50,620 nt of DNA from Verrucomicrobiales bacterium. GTDB taxonomy: Bacteria > Verrucomicrobiota > Verrucomicrobiia > Limisphaerales > JAFMIX01. Position numbers and translations under genes: made by a program. Below the pieces are notes generated by a model, which saw only the letters and a list, made by a program, of their open reading frames with translations, was not told where the DNA came from and searched no databases. Shown piece after piece: positions 9,246-19,395 of this stretch (position 1 is the stretch's first letter; each line of letters starts with the position of its first letter). The stretch is taken from NCBI GenBank assembly GCA_017853785.1, contig JAFMIX010000002.1:1-50620 (forward strand), given 5' to 3'.

Positions 9246-9818
9246 TTGATCGTGATCATGAATACATTGTTCCTTGCTAGCGTAACTACTCCTGCGGCGG
9301 CTGAGCCGGGGGTCGTACAGCAAATCGTGGAGACATTCGGCTGGAATCCGACCCTGTTCTTCTCGCAGGTCGTCAGTTTCTGCGTGGTGGCGTTTTTGCT
9401 CCATCGCTTCGCCTACAAGCCGATCTTGACCGTGCTCGAAGAGCGCCGCCAAAAGATTGCCGAAGGTTTGGCCAACGCTGAGAAGATCAAGCACGAACTC
9501 GCTAACGCCCAGGCCAAGGCGCAGGAAATCTTGGGCCAGGCCAGCGCGCAGGCGAACAAGGCCATTGAAGAAGCCCGTGCCGCCGCTGCCAAGGTGCAGG
9601 AAGTGGAAACCCAGAAAGCCATCGCTGCCGCCAACGATATCGTCTCCAAGGCCAAGCAGGCCAGCGAAGCCGAGCTCGTTCGCATGAAGGCCGAACTCCG
9701 CAAGGAAGTTGGTCGGTTGGTGGTTGCCACCAGCACAAAAGTCACCGGCGGAATTTTGACGGCGGAGCAGCAAGGGCGGCTCGCGGAAGAGACGAACAAG
9801 CAGCTTGCAGCCAATTAA
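9246..9818 (+). CDS. atpF: F0F1 ATP synthase subunit b
   Basis: N-terminal TM (LFFSQVVSFCVVAFLLHRFAYKPI) followed by a long Ala/Lys/Glu-rich helix. Position between atpE and atpH. Start is TTG 9246 or ATG 9258. Confidence 0.85.
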   Translation: MIVIMNTLFLASVTTPAAAEPGVVQQIVETFGWNPTLFFSQVVSFCVVAFLLHRFAYKPILTVLEERRQKIAEGLANAEKIKHELANAQAKAQEILGQASAQANKAIEEARAAAAKVQEVETQKAIAAANDIVSKAKQASEAELVRMKAELRKEVGRLVVATSTKVTGGILTAEQQGRLAEETNKQLAAN

Positions 9819-9836
9819 TTTTATTTTTCGCGCCGA

Positions 9837-10229
9837 ATGAAAATCAGCAAGCAAGCTCGTCGCGACGGTAAATCGCTCTTCAACAGCTGCCGGGTCAACG
9901 GTGTGTTGGACGAAGCGCGCGTCCGCCAGACGGTCAGCGCGGTCATCGCGCAGAAGCCGCGCGGATACGTCGGCATCCTGTCGCATTTCCAGCGCCTCGT
10001 GAAGCTCGACATCGAGCGCCGCACGGCGCGGGTGGAGAGCTCGGTGGCGTTGAGCGGCGCGTTGCAGGAGTCCGTCAAGGCGAATCTCGCGAAGGGTTAC
10101 GGCGCGGGCTTGAGCATCGGTTTCGCGGTGAACCCGGCGCTCATCGGCGGGTTGCGCGTGAAGGTGGGGAGCGATGTTTTTGACGGCAGCGTAAAGGCGC
10201 GTTTGGCCGAGTTGGAAGCCAGTTTTTAA
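9837..10229 (+). CDS. atpH: F0F1 ATP synthase subunit delta (OSCP), short form
   Basis: C-terminal OSCP motif NPALIGGLRVKVGSDVFDGSVKARLAELE and operon position. It is only 130 aa, whereas my recollection of typical length is about 175-180 aa. Confidence 0.75.
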   Translation: MKISKQARRDGKSLFNSCRVNGVLDEARVRQTVSAVIAQKPRGYVGILSHFQRLVKLDIERRTARVESSVALSGALQESVKANLAKGYGAGLSIGFAVNPALIGGLRVKVGSDVFDGSVKARLAELEASF

Positions 10230-10247
10230 TCAGAACAGAAATTTGAT

Positions 10248-11780
10248 ATGAGCAATCTATTGCAAGAAATCGAAGCGCAGATCAGCGGCGTGAAGACGTC
10301 GGTGAATAAGCAGAACGTCGGCATCGTCCGCGAAATTTCGGACGGCGTCGCCAAGATCGAAGGCCTCACCGATTGCATGGCCAACGAGATGTTGGACTTC
10401 GGCAAAGGCGTCATCGGCCTAGCGCTCAACCTCGAAGAAACCGAAGTCGGCGCGATCATCCTCGGCGACTACCTCGGTGTCAGCGAAGGCGCCGAAGTGA
10501 AGACGACGGGCAAGCTGCTTTCCGTTCCCGTCGGCAAGGGCCTGCTCGGCCGCGTGGTGGATTGCTTGGGTCGACCCGTGGACGGTAAAGGTCCGATCAA
10601 GGAAAGTGCTTTTTATCCCGTGGAAAAAATTGCGCCCGGCATCGTCAAGCGCAAATCCGTCAGTCAGCCGGTGCAGACCGGCATCATGGCGATCGACGCG
10701 ATGATCCCGATCGGTCGCGGTCAGCGCGAGCTCATCATCGGTGACCGTTCAACGGGCAAGACGACCATCGGTGTGGACGCGATGATCAATCAGTCCCGCA
10801 TCAACAAGGTCGGTCGCGAATCCGGTGACAAGAGCTTCCGCCCGATGTACAACATTTACGTCGCGGTCGGTCAGAAGCAATCTAACATCGCCCGCGTCAT
10901 CGCGGAACTCGAAAAGGCTGGCGCGATGGAAGACACCATCGTCGTTGTCGCTGCCGCCTCTGATTCCGCCGCGAACCAATACCTCGCTCCATTCTCCGGT
11001 GCGGCGATCGGTGAGTGGTTCATGGATAACGGCATGGACGCGCTCATCATTTTTGATGATCTTTCCAAGCAGGCTGTCGCTTACCGCCAGGTTTCGCTGG
11101 TCTTGAAGCGTCCGTCTGGTCGTGAAGCGTATCCCGGCGACGTGTTCTATCTCCACAGCCGTCTGCTCGAACGTTCGGCACGTGTTTCCGAGAAGTATGG
11201 CAACGGCTCGCTCACGGCGCTCCCGATCATCGAGACGCAGGCGGGTGACGTTTCTGCTTACATTCCGACGAACGTGATCTCGATCACCGACGGTCAGATT
11301 TATCTCGAAACCGACTTGTTCTATCAAGGCGTGCGTCCCGCTGTGTCCGTCGGTCTCTCCGTGAGCCGCGTCGGTTCCGCCGCGCAGATCAAGGCGATGA
11401 AGCAGGTGGCCGGTCGTATCAAAGGCGACCTCGCGCAATACCGTGAACTCGCGGCGTTCGCGCAGTTCGGTTCGGATCTTGACGCCAAGACGCAGGGCAT
11501 TCTCGAGCGCGGCAAGCGCGTCGTGGAAATTTTCAAGCAACCGCAGTTCAACCCAATCCCCGTCGAAGTGCAGGCCGCGATCCTTTGGGCCGTGCAGCAG
11601 AACTTCTTCGACGACGTCCCGGTTGACAAGGTGAAGGATTGTCAGAACAAGATGACGGACTTCCTCAACACGCGGAAGGCCGACCTGCTCACGAAGGTCC
11701 GCACCGAAAAAGCCATCAGTGAGGCGCTTGCCGCCGAGTTGAAGGCCGCCATCACTGAATTCAAGCAAACCTATCGCTAA
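10248..11780 (+). CDS. atpA: F0F1 ATP synthase subunit alpha
   Basis: Walker [10 protein letters not shown]; [40 protein letters not shown]. Confidence 0.98.
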   Translation: MSNLLQEIEAQISGVKTSVNKQNVGIVREISDGVAKIEGLTDCMANEMLDFGKGVIGLALNLEETEVGAIILGDYLGVSEGAEVKTTGKLLSVPVGKGLLGRVVDCLGRPVDGKGPIKESAFYPVEKIAPGIVKRKSVSQPVQTGIMAIDAMIPIGRGQRELIIGDRSTGKTTIGVDAMINQSRINKVGRESGDKSFRPMYNIYVAVGQKQSNIARVIAELEKAGAMEDTIVVVAAASDSAANQYLAPFSGAAIGEWFMDNGMDALIIFDDLSKQAVAYRQVSLVLKRPSGREAYPGDVFYLHSRLLERSARVSEKYGNGSLTALPIIETQAGDVSAYIPTNVISITDGQIYLETDLFYQGVRPAVSVGLSVSRVGSAAQIKAMKQVAGRIKGDLAQYRELAAFAQFGSDLDAKTQGILERGKRVVEIFKQPQFNPIPVEVQAAILWAVQQNFFDDVPVDKVKDCQNKMTDFLNTRKADLLTKVRTEKAISEALAAELKAAITEFKQTYR

Positions 11781-11783
11781 GCG

Positions 11784-12662
11784 ATGCCTAGCACACGCGA
11801 CATCCGCCGACGTATCAAGTCGGTAAAGAATACGGCGCAGATCACGAAGGCCATGCAGATGGTCGCTTCGTCGAAGATGCGCAAGGCGCAGCTCGCCGCG
11901 TTGGCGGGGCGTCCGTATGCGAAGTTGATGAACACGATGCTGGCCGACGTGGCCGCCGATACCAAGGATTTCAGCCATCCATTGATGGAGAACCGGGCCG
12001 GCAAGAAGCGCTGTGTGATTCTCGTCAGCTCGGACAAAGGTCTGTGCGGTGCGCTCAACTCCAACCTCACGCGCGAAGCGGCGAGGTACGATAAGGACAA
12101 CACCGTGTTCGTCTGCGCCGGCAAAAAAGGTGCGCAATTCGTTGCGCGGAACAAGCGCAAGCTCGCGGCAGAATTCACTTACAAGGATGCGCCGTTGTTC
12201 GCCGAAGCCCGCGCGATTTCCAAGTTCGTCCAGGAAATGTTCCTCAAGGGCGAAGTGGACAGCGTTGAGATCCTTTATACCAATTTCATCAGCACGCTCA
12301 TCCAAAAGCCGGAAGTGCAGCCGATGCTCCCCATCGGGGAGTTGAGGGGCGTGCAGGCCGGAGTGGATGGCGGCGATACCGGTGTGGATTTGCAGCGGTC
12401 GGGCTTGGAATTCCAGTTCGAACCGGCAGCCGAATCGGTGTTGGGTTCGTTGCTGCCGCACTACCTGAATTTTCAGATCTATCAAGTGTTGCTCGAAGCA
12501 AAAGCTTCCGAGCAGAGCTCGCGCATGGTGGCGATGAAGAACGCGACCGACAACGCGAAGCAGCTCATCAAGGACCTTACGCTCGAATACAACAAACTGC
12601 GGCAGGCAAACATCACGAAGGAACTTTTGGAAATCACCACGGCGCAGATGGCGCTCGGTTAA
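11784..12662 (+). CDS. atpG: F0F1 ATP synthase subunit gamma
   Basis: IRRRIKSVKNTAQITKAMQMVASSKMRKAQ at the N-terminus and LTLEYNKLRQANITKELLEI at the C-terminus. Confidence 0.95.
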   Translation: MPSTRDIRRRIKSVKNTAQITKAMQMVASSKMRKAQLAALAGRPYAKLMNTMLADVAADTKDFSHPLMENRAGKKRCVILVSSDKGLCGALNSNLTREAARYDKDNTVFVCAGKKGAQFVARNKRKLAAEFTYKDAPLFAEARAISKFVQEMFLKGEVDSVEILYTNFISTLIQKPEVQPMLPIGELRGVQAGVDGGDTGVDLQRSGLEFQFEPAAESVLGSLLPHYLNFQIYQVLLEAKASEQSSRMVAMKNATDNAKQLIKDLTLEYNKLRQANITKELLEITTAQMALG

Positions 12663-14138
<1,476 letters not shown>

Positions 14139-14167
14139 TTTGTTGACCCGTTCAACCGATTAACCAC

Positions 14168-14572
14168 ATGGCCACGCTGAAACTAGAGATCGTCACGCCG
14201 GAAGCGAAAGTCTATTCCGAAGACGTGGACATGGTCACGTTGCCGGGAGTCGAGGGTGAGATGGGCATCTTCCCGATGCACGTGCCATTGATCACCCAGC
14301 TTGCCGCCGGTGAAGTCGGAGTGCGTAAGGGTGGTCAGGATTTCTTCCTCGCGGTCGGTGAAGGTTTCGTGGAAATCACCGGGGATAGGGTCGCCATCCT
14401 CACGGACATGGCTATCAAGGCCGAGAACATCGATGAATCCAAGGCCGAGGAAGCCCGCAAGCGGGCTGAATCCCGGCTCAATGAAAAGCTCGATGAGGCT
14501 GAAGTGGCTTCGGTGAACGCGTCACTGGCGCATTCGCTCGCGCAGCTGAAGGTGAAGCGCCGGGGCAGATAG
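14168..14572 (+). CDS. atpC: F0F1 ATP synthase subunit epsilon
   Basis: LKLEIVTPEAKVYSEDVDMVTLPGVEGEMGIFPMHVPLIT plus a helical C-terminus. Last gene of the operon. Confidence 0.93.
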   Translation: MATLKLEIVTPEAKVYSEDVDMVTLPGVEGEMGIFPMHVPLITQLAAGEVGVRKGGQDFFLAVGEGFVEITGDRVAILTDMAIKAENIDESKAEEARKRAESRLNEKLDEAEVASVNASLAHSLAQLKVKRRGR

Positions 14573-14586
14573 CCGCCGCATTTTTC

Positions 14587-14620
14587 AAGGCCGCACTTCA
14601 TCGGTGCGGCCTTTTTATTT
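14587..14620 (+). terminator. Intrinsic terminator after the atp operon
   Basis: AAGGCCGCAC-ttcatcg-GTGCGGCCTT followed by TTTATTT. Confidence 0.8.
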
Positions 14621-14676
14621 GGGAGCATTTCACCGTCTTGACGGATTGGTGGAAGTTCGGCTAAAAAATATTTTCT

Positions 14677-16521
14677 ATGAGTAAAACGGAACCACATCAA
14701 TTTCAGGCGGAGATTCAGCAGTTGCTGAACATCGTCATTCACTCCCTCTACACCGACAAAGAAATCTTTGTGCGCGAACTGATCTCGAACGCGGCTGATG
14801 CGTGCGAGAAGTTCCGCTTCAACCAGTCGTCGGGCCAGCCGGTGCATCAATCAGACATCGCGCCCGGCATCAGCATCACCACGGACGACAAGGCCGGTAC
14901 GATCACCATCATGGACACCGGTTGCGGCATGACGCACGGCGAGTTGGTGGAGAACCTCGGCACCATCGCGCACTCGGGCACGAAGGCATTCTTGAAGCAG
15001 CTCGCGGAAGACAAGAAGCCGGACGTCGGGTTGATCGGCCAGTTCGGCGTTGGATTCTACTCCGCGTTCATGGTGGCGAAGAAGGTGACGGTGTTGAGCC
15101 ATTCGTTTGCGCCGGATGAGCAGGGGTGGCAATGGACGAGCGAAGGCATGGGCGGTTATGAGCTGACGCCGGCGGCGGATTTGCCGCGCGGCACGAAGAT
15201 CACGCTGGAGCTCAAGGACGACGCGAAGGAGTTTGCGCAAGAGGCAACGGTTGAAGGTATCATCAAGCGGTATTCCAGTTTCGTGCCGTTCCCGATTGAA
15301 CTGAACACGAAGCGGCAGAACACCGTGCAGGCGATCTGGGCACGCAACAAGAGCGAGATCAAGGAGGAGGAGTACAACGAATTCTATACGTTCGTCGGGC
15401 ACGACCACGAGAAGCCATTATTCCGGCTGCATTTTTCGGCGGACGCGCCGCTGGCGATCCAGGCTTTGCTGTTCGTGCCGCAGCGGAATTTCGAGAGCAT
15501 GGGCATGGGGCGGATCGATTCCGAAGTAAATCTGTATTGCCGCAAGGTGCTCATCCAGGCCAAGGCGAAAGGGCTGTTCCCGGATTGGTTGCGGTTCTTG
15601 AAGGGGGTCGTGGATAGCGAGGATCTGCCATTGAACATTTCCCGTGAGACGATGCAGGACACCTCGCTGCTGCAGAAGCTGAACAAGGTTTTGACCAGCC
15701 GCTTTCTGAAGTTCCTCGATGAGCAATCCGAGAAGGAAGCCGAAGCTTACGAGAAATTTTACACCGAGTATCAACGCTTTTTGAAGGAAGGTATCGTCAC
15801 GGATTTCACGCACAAGGAAGCACTCGGCAAATTGCTGCGCTTTGAATCATCGCTGGTGGATGCGGGCAAGCGCACTTCGCTGGCGGATTACGTGAAGCGC
15901 ATGCCGTCCGACCAGACGGAGATCTATTGCCTGCTCGCGGCGAACCGCGCGGCGGCGGAGGCGAGTCCGTACTTCGAGGTGTTCAAGGAGCGGAAGTTCG
16001 AAGTGCTGTTCCTCTACGATGCCTGGGATGAGTTTGTGGTGGAGCATCTCCACAACTTGGAAGGCAAACCGCTGAAGCTGGCGGAAAAAGCCGATCTGAA
16101 TCTCAGCGCGAAAAAGGACGGCGCTTTGTCCGAGGACGCCGTCAAGGCGCTCACCGCCTGGCTCAAAGAAACGCTCGGCGACAAGGTCGGCGAAGTGCGC
16201 GCCTCGCAGCGGCTGGTGGACAGCCCGGCGGTGGTGGTGGACTCGGATAAATTCATGACTGCCAGCATGCGGCGCATCATGAAAGCCATGAAACAGGACG
16301 GCCCGGAGCCGGCGGCGGCCAAACATGATTTTGAAATCAACCCGGCGCATCCGATGATCGCCAGGTTGGAAGCCACCCGCCAGAAGGATGCGGCACTGGC
16401 GGCGAGCGTGGCGGAACAGATACTCGACAACGCTCGGGTGGCCGCAGGGATTCTCGAAGATCCGCGCGCGATGCTCACGCGGCTGAATCAACTGCTCGAG
16501 AAAGTTCTCGCGAAGGATTGA
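14677..16521 (+). CDS. htpG: Molecular chaperone HtpG (Hsp90)
   Basis: FQAEIQQLLNIVIHSLYTDKEIFVRELISNAADA, GQFGVGFYSAFMVA, DSEDLPLNISRE. Confidence 0.97.
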   Translation: MSKTEPHQFQAEIQQLLNIVIHSLYTDKEIFVRELISNAADACEKFRFNQSSGQPVHQSDIAPGISITTDDKAGTITIMDTGCGMTHGELVENLGTIAHSGTKAFLKQLAEDKKPDVGLIGQFGVGFYSAFMVAKKVTVLSHSFAPDEQGWQWTSEGMGGYELTPAADLPRGTKITLELKDDAKEFAQEATVEGIIKRYSSFVPFPIELNTKRQNTVQAIWARNKSEIKEEEYNEFYTFVGHDHEKPLFRLHFSADAPLAIQALLFVPQRNFESMGMGRIDSEVNLYCRKVLIQAKAKGLFPDWLRFLKGVVDSEDLPLNISRETMQDTSLLQKLNKVLTSRFLKFLDEQSEKEAEAYEKFYTEYQRFLKEGIVTDFTHKEALGKLLRFESSLVDAGKRTSLADYVKRMPSDQTEIYCLLAANRAAAEASPYFEVFKERKFEVLFLYDAWDEFVVEHLHNLEGKPLKLAEKADLNLSAKKDGALSEDAVKALTAWLKETLGDKVGEVRASQRLVDSPAVVVDSDKFMTASMRRIMKAMKQDGPEPAAAKHDFEINPAHPMIARLEATRQKDAALAASVAEQILDNARVAAGILEDPRAMLTRLNQLLEKVLAKD

Positions 16522-16550
16522 GTTGCAGAGGTGGCCGGCCGGGGCGGGGA

Positions 16551-16841
16551 TCAGCCCGCGATGGCGCTGATCTCCACTGGCTCGACGTTCACGCCCTGCT
16601 TCTCCAGCCATTTGATGGCGGCTTTCACGTCGGCGCGTTTGCCGTCGAGTTCGAGGCAGACGATGCCGATCTCGTCGTTCACGCTGGCTTGGCGAATGTT
16701 GGTGACGACCTTGAACTTGTGACCGACCTCCCAGATGAACGGCTGCTTGATGAGCTTGGGTGGATACATCAGCCACAGGCGCGTCTGCTCGGGCGAGTTC
16801 GGCGTGGTGGGCTTGCGAACGATTTTATTTTTGGTGGCCAT
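16551..16841 (-). CDS. NIL-domain (MetN C-terminal-like, ferredoxin-fold) protein
   Basis: 96 aa. LWLMYPPKLIKQPFIWEVGHKFKVVTNIRQASVNDEIGIVCLELDGKRADVKAAIKWLEKQGV matches the NIL-domain pattern. Lies 9 nt downstream of the sulfur-carrier gene. Confidence 0.7.
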   Translation of the reverse strand: MATKNKIVRKPTTPNSPEQTRLWLMYPPKLIKQPFIWEVGHKFKVVTNIRQASVNDEIGIVCLELDGKRADVKAAIKWLEKQGVNVEPVEISAIAG

Positions 16842-16850
16842 TTGTGACTC

Positions 16851-17126
16851 CTAGCCGCCGGCGATGGCCGGAATGATGCTCACTTCATCACCAGCTTTGA
16901 GCGCCGTCTTACTGCCTTGGAGGAAGCGGATGTCTTCCTCATTGACGTAGACGTTCACGAAACGGCGGACTTCACCCTTCTCGTCAACGAGGCGTTCCTC
17001 GATGCCGGGATAGCGTGACTGTAATTCCTTGATGGCGTCGCCGATGGTGGCGGCGGTGACTTCGACAAGCTCCTCGTTGTTGGTCAACTTGCGGAGCGGG
17101 GTGGGGATGCGGACTTTGGTTGGCAT
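16851..17126 (-). CDS. MoaD/ThiS-family sulfur-carrier protein (C-terminal Gly-Gly)
   Basis: 91-aa beta-grasp-like protein ending ...GDEVSIIPAIAGG-stop. Lies 5 nt downstream of the ThrC-like gene. Confidence 0.85.
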   Translation of the reverse strand: MPTKVRIPTPLRKLTNNEELVEVTAATIGDAIKELQSRYPGIEERLVDEKGEVRRFVNVYVNEEDIRFLQGSKTALKAGDEVSIIPAIAGG

Positions 17127-17131
17127 AAATT

Positions 17132-18388
17132 TTAAGCGTTAACTTTTTCTTCCTGCGCCAGCATGGCTTCGAATTCGCGCAGGCTGGGCTTGATTTCGCG
17201 CGGCTTGCCGACGTGGCCGGTCATGGCTTCCAGTGTCTTGAGGCCGTTGCCGGTGACGCAAATCACGGCGCTAGAGTCTTTCGGAATCTTGCCGCTGGCA
17301 ATGAGTTTTTTGGCCACGCCTACGGTCACGCCGCCGGCAGTCTCGGCAAAGATGCCTTCGGTCTCGGCGAGCCGCTTGATGGCGTCGCGGATCTCGTCGT
17401 CGGTCACGTCGTCGGCGTGCGCGGCGGTCTCCTTCATCACTTTGAGCGCGTAGAAGCCGTCGGCGGGCGTGCCGATGGCGAGCGACTTGGCGATGGTGTC
17501 GGGCTTGACGGGCTTGAAGAAATCCAGCCCGGCCTTTTGCGCGGCGGAGATAGGTGAGCAGCCGGTGGCTTGCGCGCCGTGGATGGAATATTTGCTCTCG
17601 CCGACGAGGCCGAGCTTGGTGAATTCTTGGTAGCCTTTCTGGATCTTCGTGAGCAACGAGCCGGACGCCATCGGCACGATGGTGTGGTCGGGGATGCGCC
17701 AGCCGAGTTGTTCGATGATCTCATACGCCATGCTCTTCGAACCTTCGGCGTAGTAGGGGCGCATGTTGACGTTGACGAAGGCCCAGCCGAATTTGCCGGC
17801 GATCTCGGCGCAGAGGCGGTTGACTTCGTCATAGTGGCCTTTGATGCCGATCACGTGCGCGCCGTAAACGAGGGAGTTGATGATCTTGCCCTGTTCGAGG
17901 TCGGACGGGATGAAGACGTAGCATTTCAGCCCGGCGCTGGCGGCCTGGGCGGCGACGGAGTTGGCGAGGTTGCCGGTGGACGCGCAGGCGACGGTGGTGA
18001 AGCCGAGTTCCTTGGCGCGGCTCAACGCGACACTGACGACGCGGTCTTTGAAGGACAGGGTAGGGTAGTTCACCGTGTCGTTCTTGATGTAAAGTTCGCG
18101 GATGCCGAGTTGCTTGGCGAGCCGGTCAGCCTTGACGAGCGGCGTGAAACCGGCCTGCGTGCCGACGGTGGGGTCGTTCGCGACGGGCAGCAGCTCGCGA
18201 TAGCGCCACATGGATTTGGGTCGCGACTGGATGACTTCGCGGGTGAGGGATTTTTTGATTTTGGCGTAGTCGTAGGCGACTTCAAGCGGGCCGAAGTCGA
18301 ACTCGCAGACGTGGGTGGCGTGGAGCGGATACTCGCGGCCGCATTCACGGCACTTGAGGGCCTTCATGAATCCAGTTTGTTCACTCAT
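17132..18388 (-). CDS. Threonine-synthase-family PLP enzyme with N-terminal Zn ribbon (function possibly homocysteine synthesis)
   Basis: The internal ATG at 18388 (MSEQTGFMKALKCRECG...) is preferred because codons upstream of it overlap the riboswitch terminator. CRECG...HVCEF Zn-ribbon. PLP-lysine motif NYPTLSFKDRVVS. Gly-rich loop MASGSLLTK. Confidence 0.9.
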   Translation of the reverse strand: MSEQTGFMKALKCRECGREYPLHATHVCEFDFGPLEVAYDYAKIKKSLTREVIQSRPKSMWRYRELLPVANDPTVGTQAGFTPLVKADRLAKQLGIRELYIKNDTVNYPTLSFKDRVVSVALSRAKELGFTTVACASTGNLANSVAAQAASAGLKCYVFIPSDLEQGKIINSLVYGAHVIGIKGHYDEVNRLCAEIAGKFGWAFVNVNMRPYYAEGSKSMAYEIIEQLGWRIPDHTIVPMASGSLLTKIQKGYQEFTKLGLVGESKYSIHGAQATGCSPISAAQKAGLDFFKPVKPDTIAKSLAIGTPADGFYALKVMKETAAHADDVTDDEIRDAIKRLAETEGIFAETAGGVTVGVAKKLIASGKIPKDSSAVICVTGNGLKTLEAMTGHVGKPREIKPSLREFEAMLAQEEKVNA

Positions 18389-18410
18389 AAATTTGTTTCC
18401 GTTGTGGGCA

Positions 18411-18443
18411 AACAAAAAGCCCCGGCTCATGGCGAGACGGGGC
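18411..18443 (-). terminator. Riboswitch expression-platform terminator
   Basis: Minus strand GCCCCG-UCUC-gccau-GAG-C-CGGGGC followed by UUUUUGUUU. The 5' arm CGUCUC can alternatively pair with GAGACG of the aptamer P1 3' strand, forming an antiterminator. Confidence 0.75.
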
Positions 18444-18460
18444 GGCAAAACGGTTGCGCT

Positions 18461-18577
18461 CGTCTCATATTCCCCCGGCACTTGCCGGAGCTGGATTTAG
18501 CACCTGCATCGGACTGCGCGTCCGACCGGTTGCCGTGGTGTCATTGGGCCAGTCCCTCGACCACTCTACATGAGACC
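18461..18577 (-). promoter_or_regulatory. SAM-I (S-box) riboswitch aptamer
   Basis: Minus-strand RNA: GUCUCAU-GUAGAG-UGGUC-GAGGGACUGGCCCAAUGACACCACGGCAACC-GGUCGGACgcgcaGUCCGAU-GCAGGUGCUAAAUCCAGC-UCCGGCaagUGCCGGGGG-AAU-AUGAGAC. This shows the P1-P4 architecture and the conserved SAM-I core (GAGGGA, UGGCCC, AUGA, GCAACC, GGUGCUAAxUCC). Confidence 0.9.
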
Positions 18578-18719
18578 GTTGGTATCAACGGATGCGGATA
18601 TATTGATTTATGACTTTGAGGGAGTCAAATCATTTTTCCGCGCGTGGCATGATGGACGGTCGCCGCCTGATTTCAAGCTTGCGTTTTGGGGGTCTGCCCG
18701 GAACATTGACCGTCCAATT

Positions 18720-19388
18720 ATGACAAATGAAGCCCCGACCGCGATCCATTTTGAACGCTCCCTGAACTGGCTGGACACAAATCGCCAAAAGCTCACCCGG
18801 ATTGCCGTGGTGGTCGCCGTGGTGGCGCTCGCGGCTTCATATTATTTCTGGAATCAGGCCCAGCAGGAAGCGGCGGCGAGTGCGGCACTCTCCGATGTGC
18901 CGCCGGGCGCAGGGGCTGCGGAGGCTCATTTGAAGCTGGCTGCAAAATATCCAAAAACCTCCGCCGCGCCGCGCGCCGTGCTGGTGGCGGCGGGCGACTT
19001 GTTTGCCGCCGGCAAGCTTCCCGAGGCGGAGACCCAGTTCAAGCGGTTGCTGGACGAATACAGCGAAAGCCCGTTCCGTGTGCAAGGTCTGCTCGGCGTC
19101 GCGGCCTGTCTGGACGCGCAGGGGAAAATCCCCGACGCGGTCACGCGCTACGAACAGATCGTCGCCCGGTATCCCAAGGAGGCGGTTGCTTCCCAGGCCA
19201 AATCCGCCTTGGCGCGGCTCTACGAAATCCAGAACAAGCCCGCGCAGGCGTTGCCGCTTTACGAAGAACTCCAGCGCACCGAAGCCTATAGTTCGTTCGG
19301 GTTGGAAGCCAACATCCGCCGGCTCGCGCTCCTGGCCAAACATCCGGAACTGGCAAAAGCCAAAGCCCCCACTGCCAGCCTTAAATAA
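18720..19388 (+). CDS. YfgM-like membrane-anchored TPR protein
   Basis: The internal ATG at 18720 gives a short cytoplasmic N-terminus, a TM (RIAVVVAVVALAASYYFW) and TPR-like repeats (AEAHLKLAAKYPKTSAAPRAVL..., FRVQGLLGVAACLDAQGKIPDAVTRYEQIVARYP). Confidence 0.7.
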   Translation: MTNEAPTAIHFERSLNWLDTNRQKLTRIAVVVAVVALAASYYFWNQAQQEAAASAALSDVPPGAGAAEAHLKLAAKYPKTSAAPRAVLVAAGDLFAAGKLPEAETQFKRLLDEYSESPFRVQGLLGVAACLDAQGKIPDAVTRYEQIVARYPKEAVASQAKSALARLYEIQNKPAQALPLYEELQRTEAYSSFGLEANIRRLALLAKHPELAKAKAPTASLK

Positions 19389-19395
19389 TTTCCCC

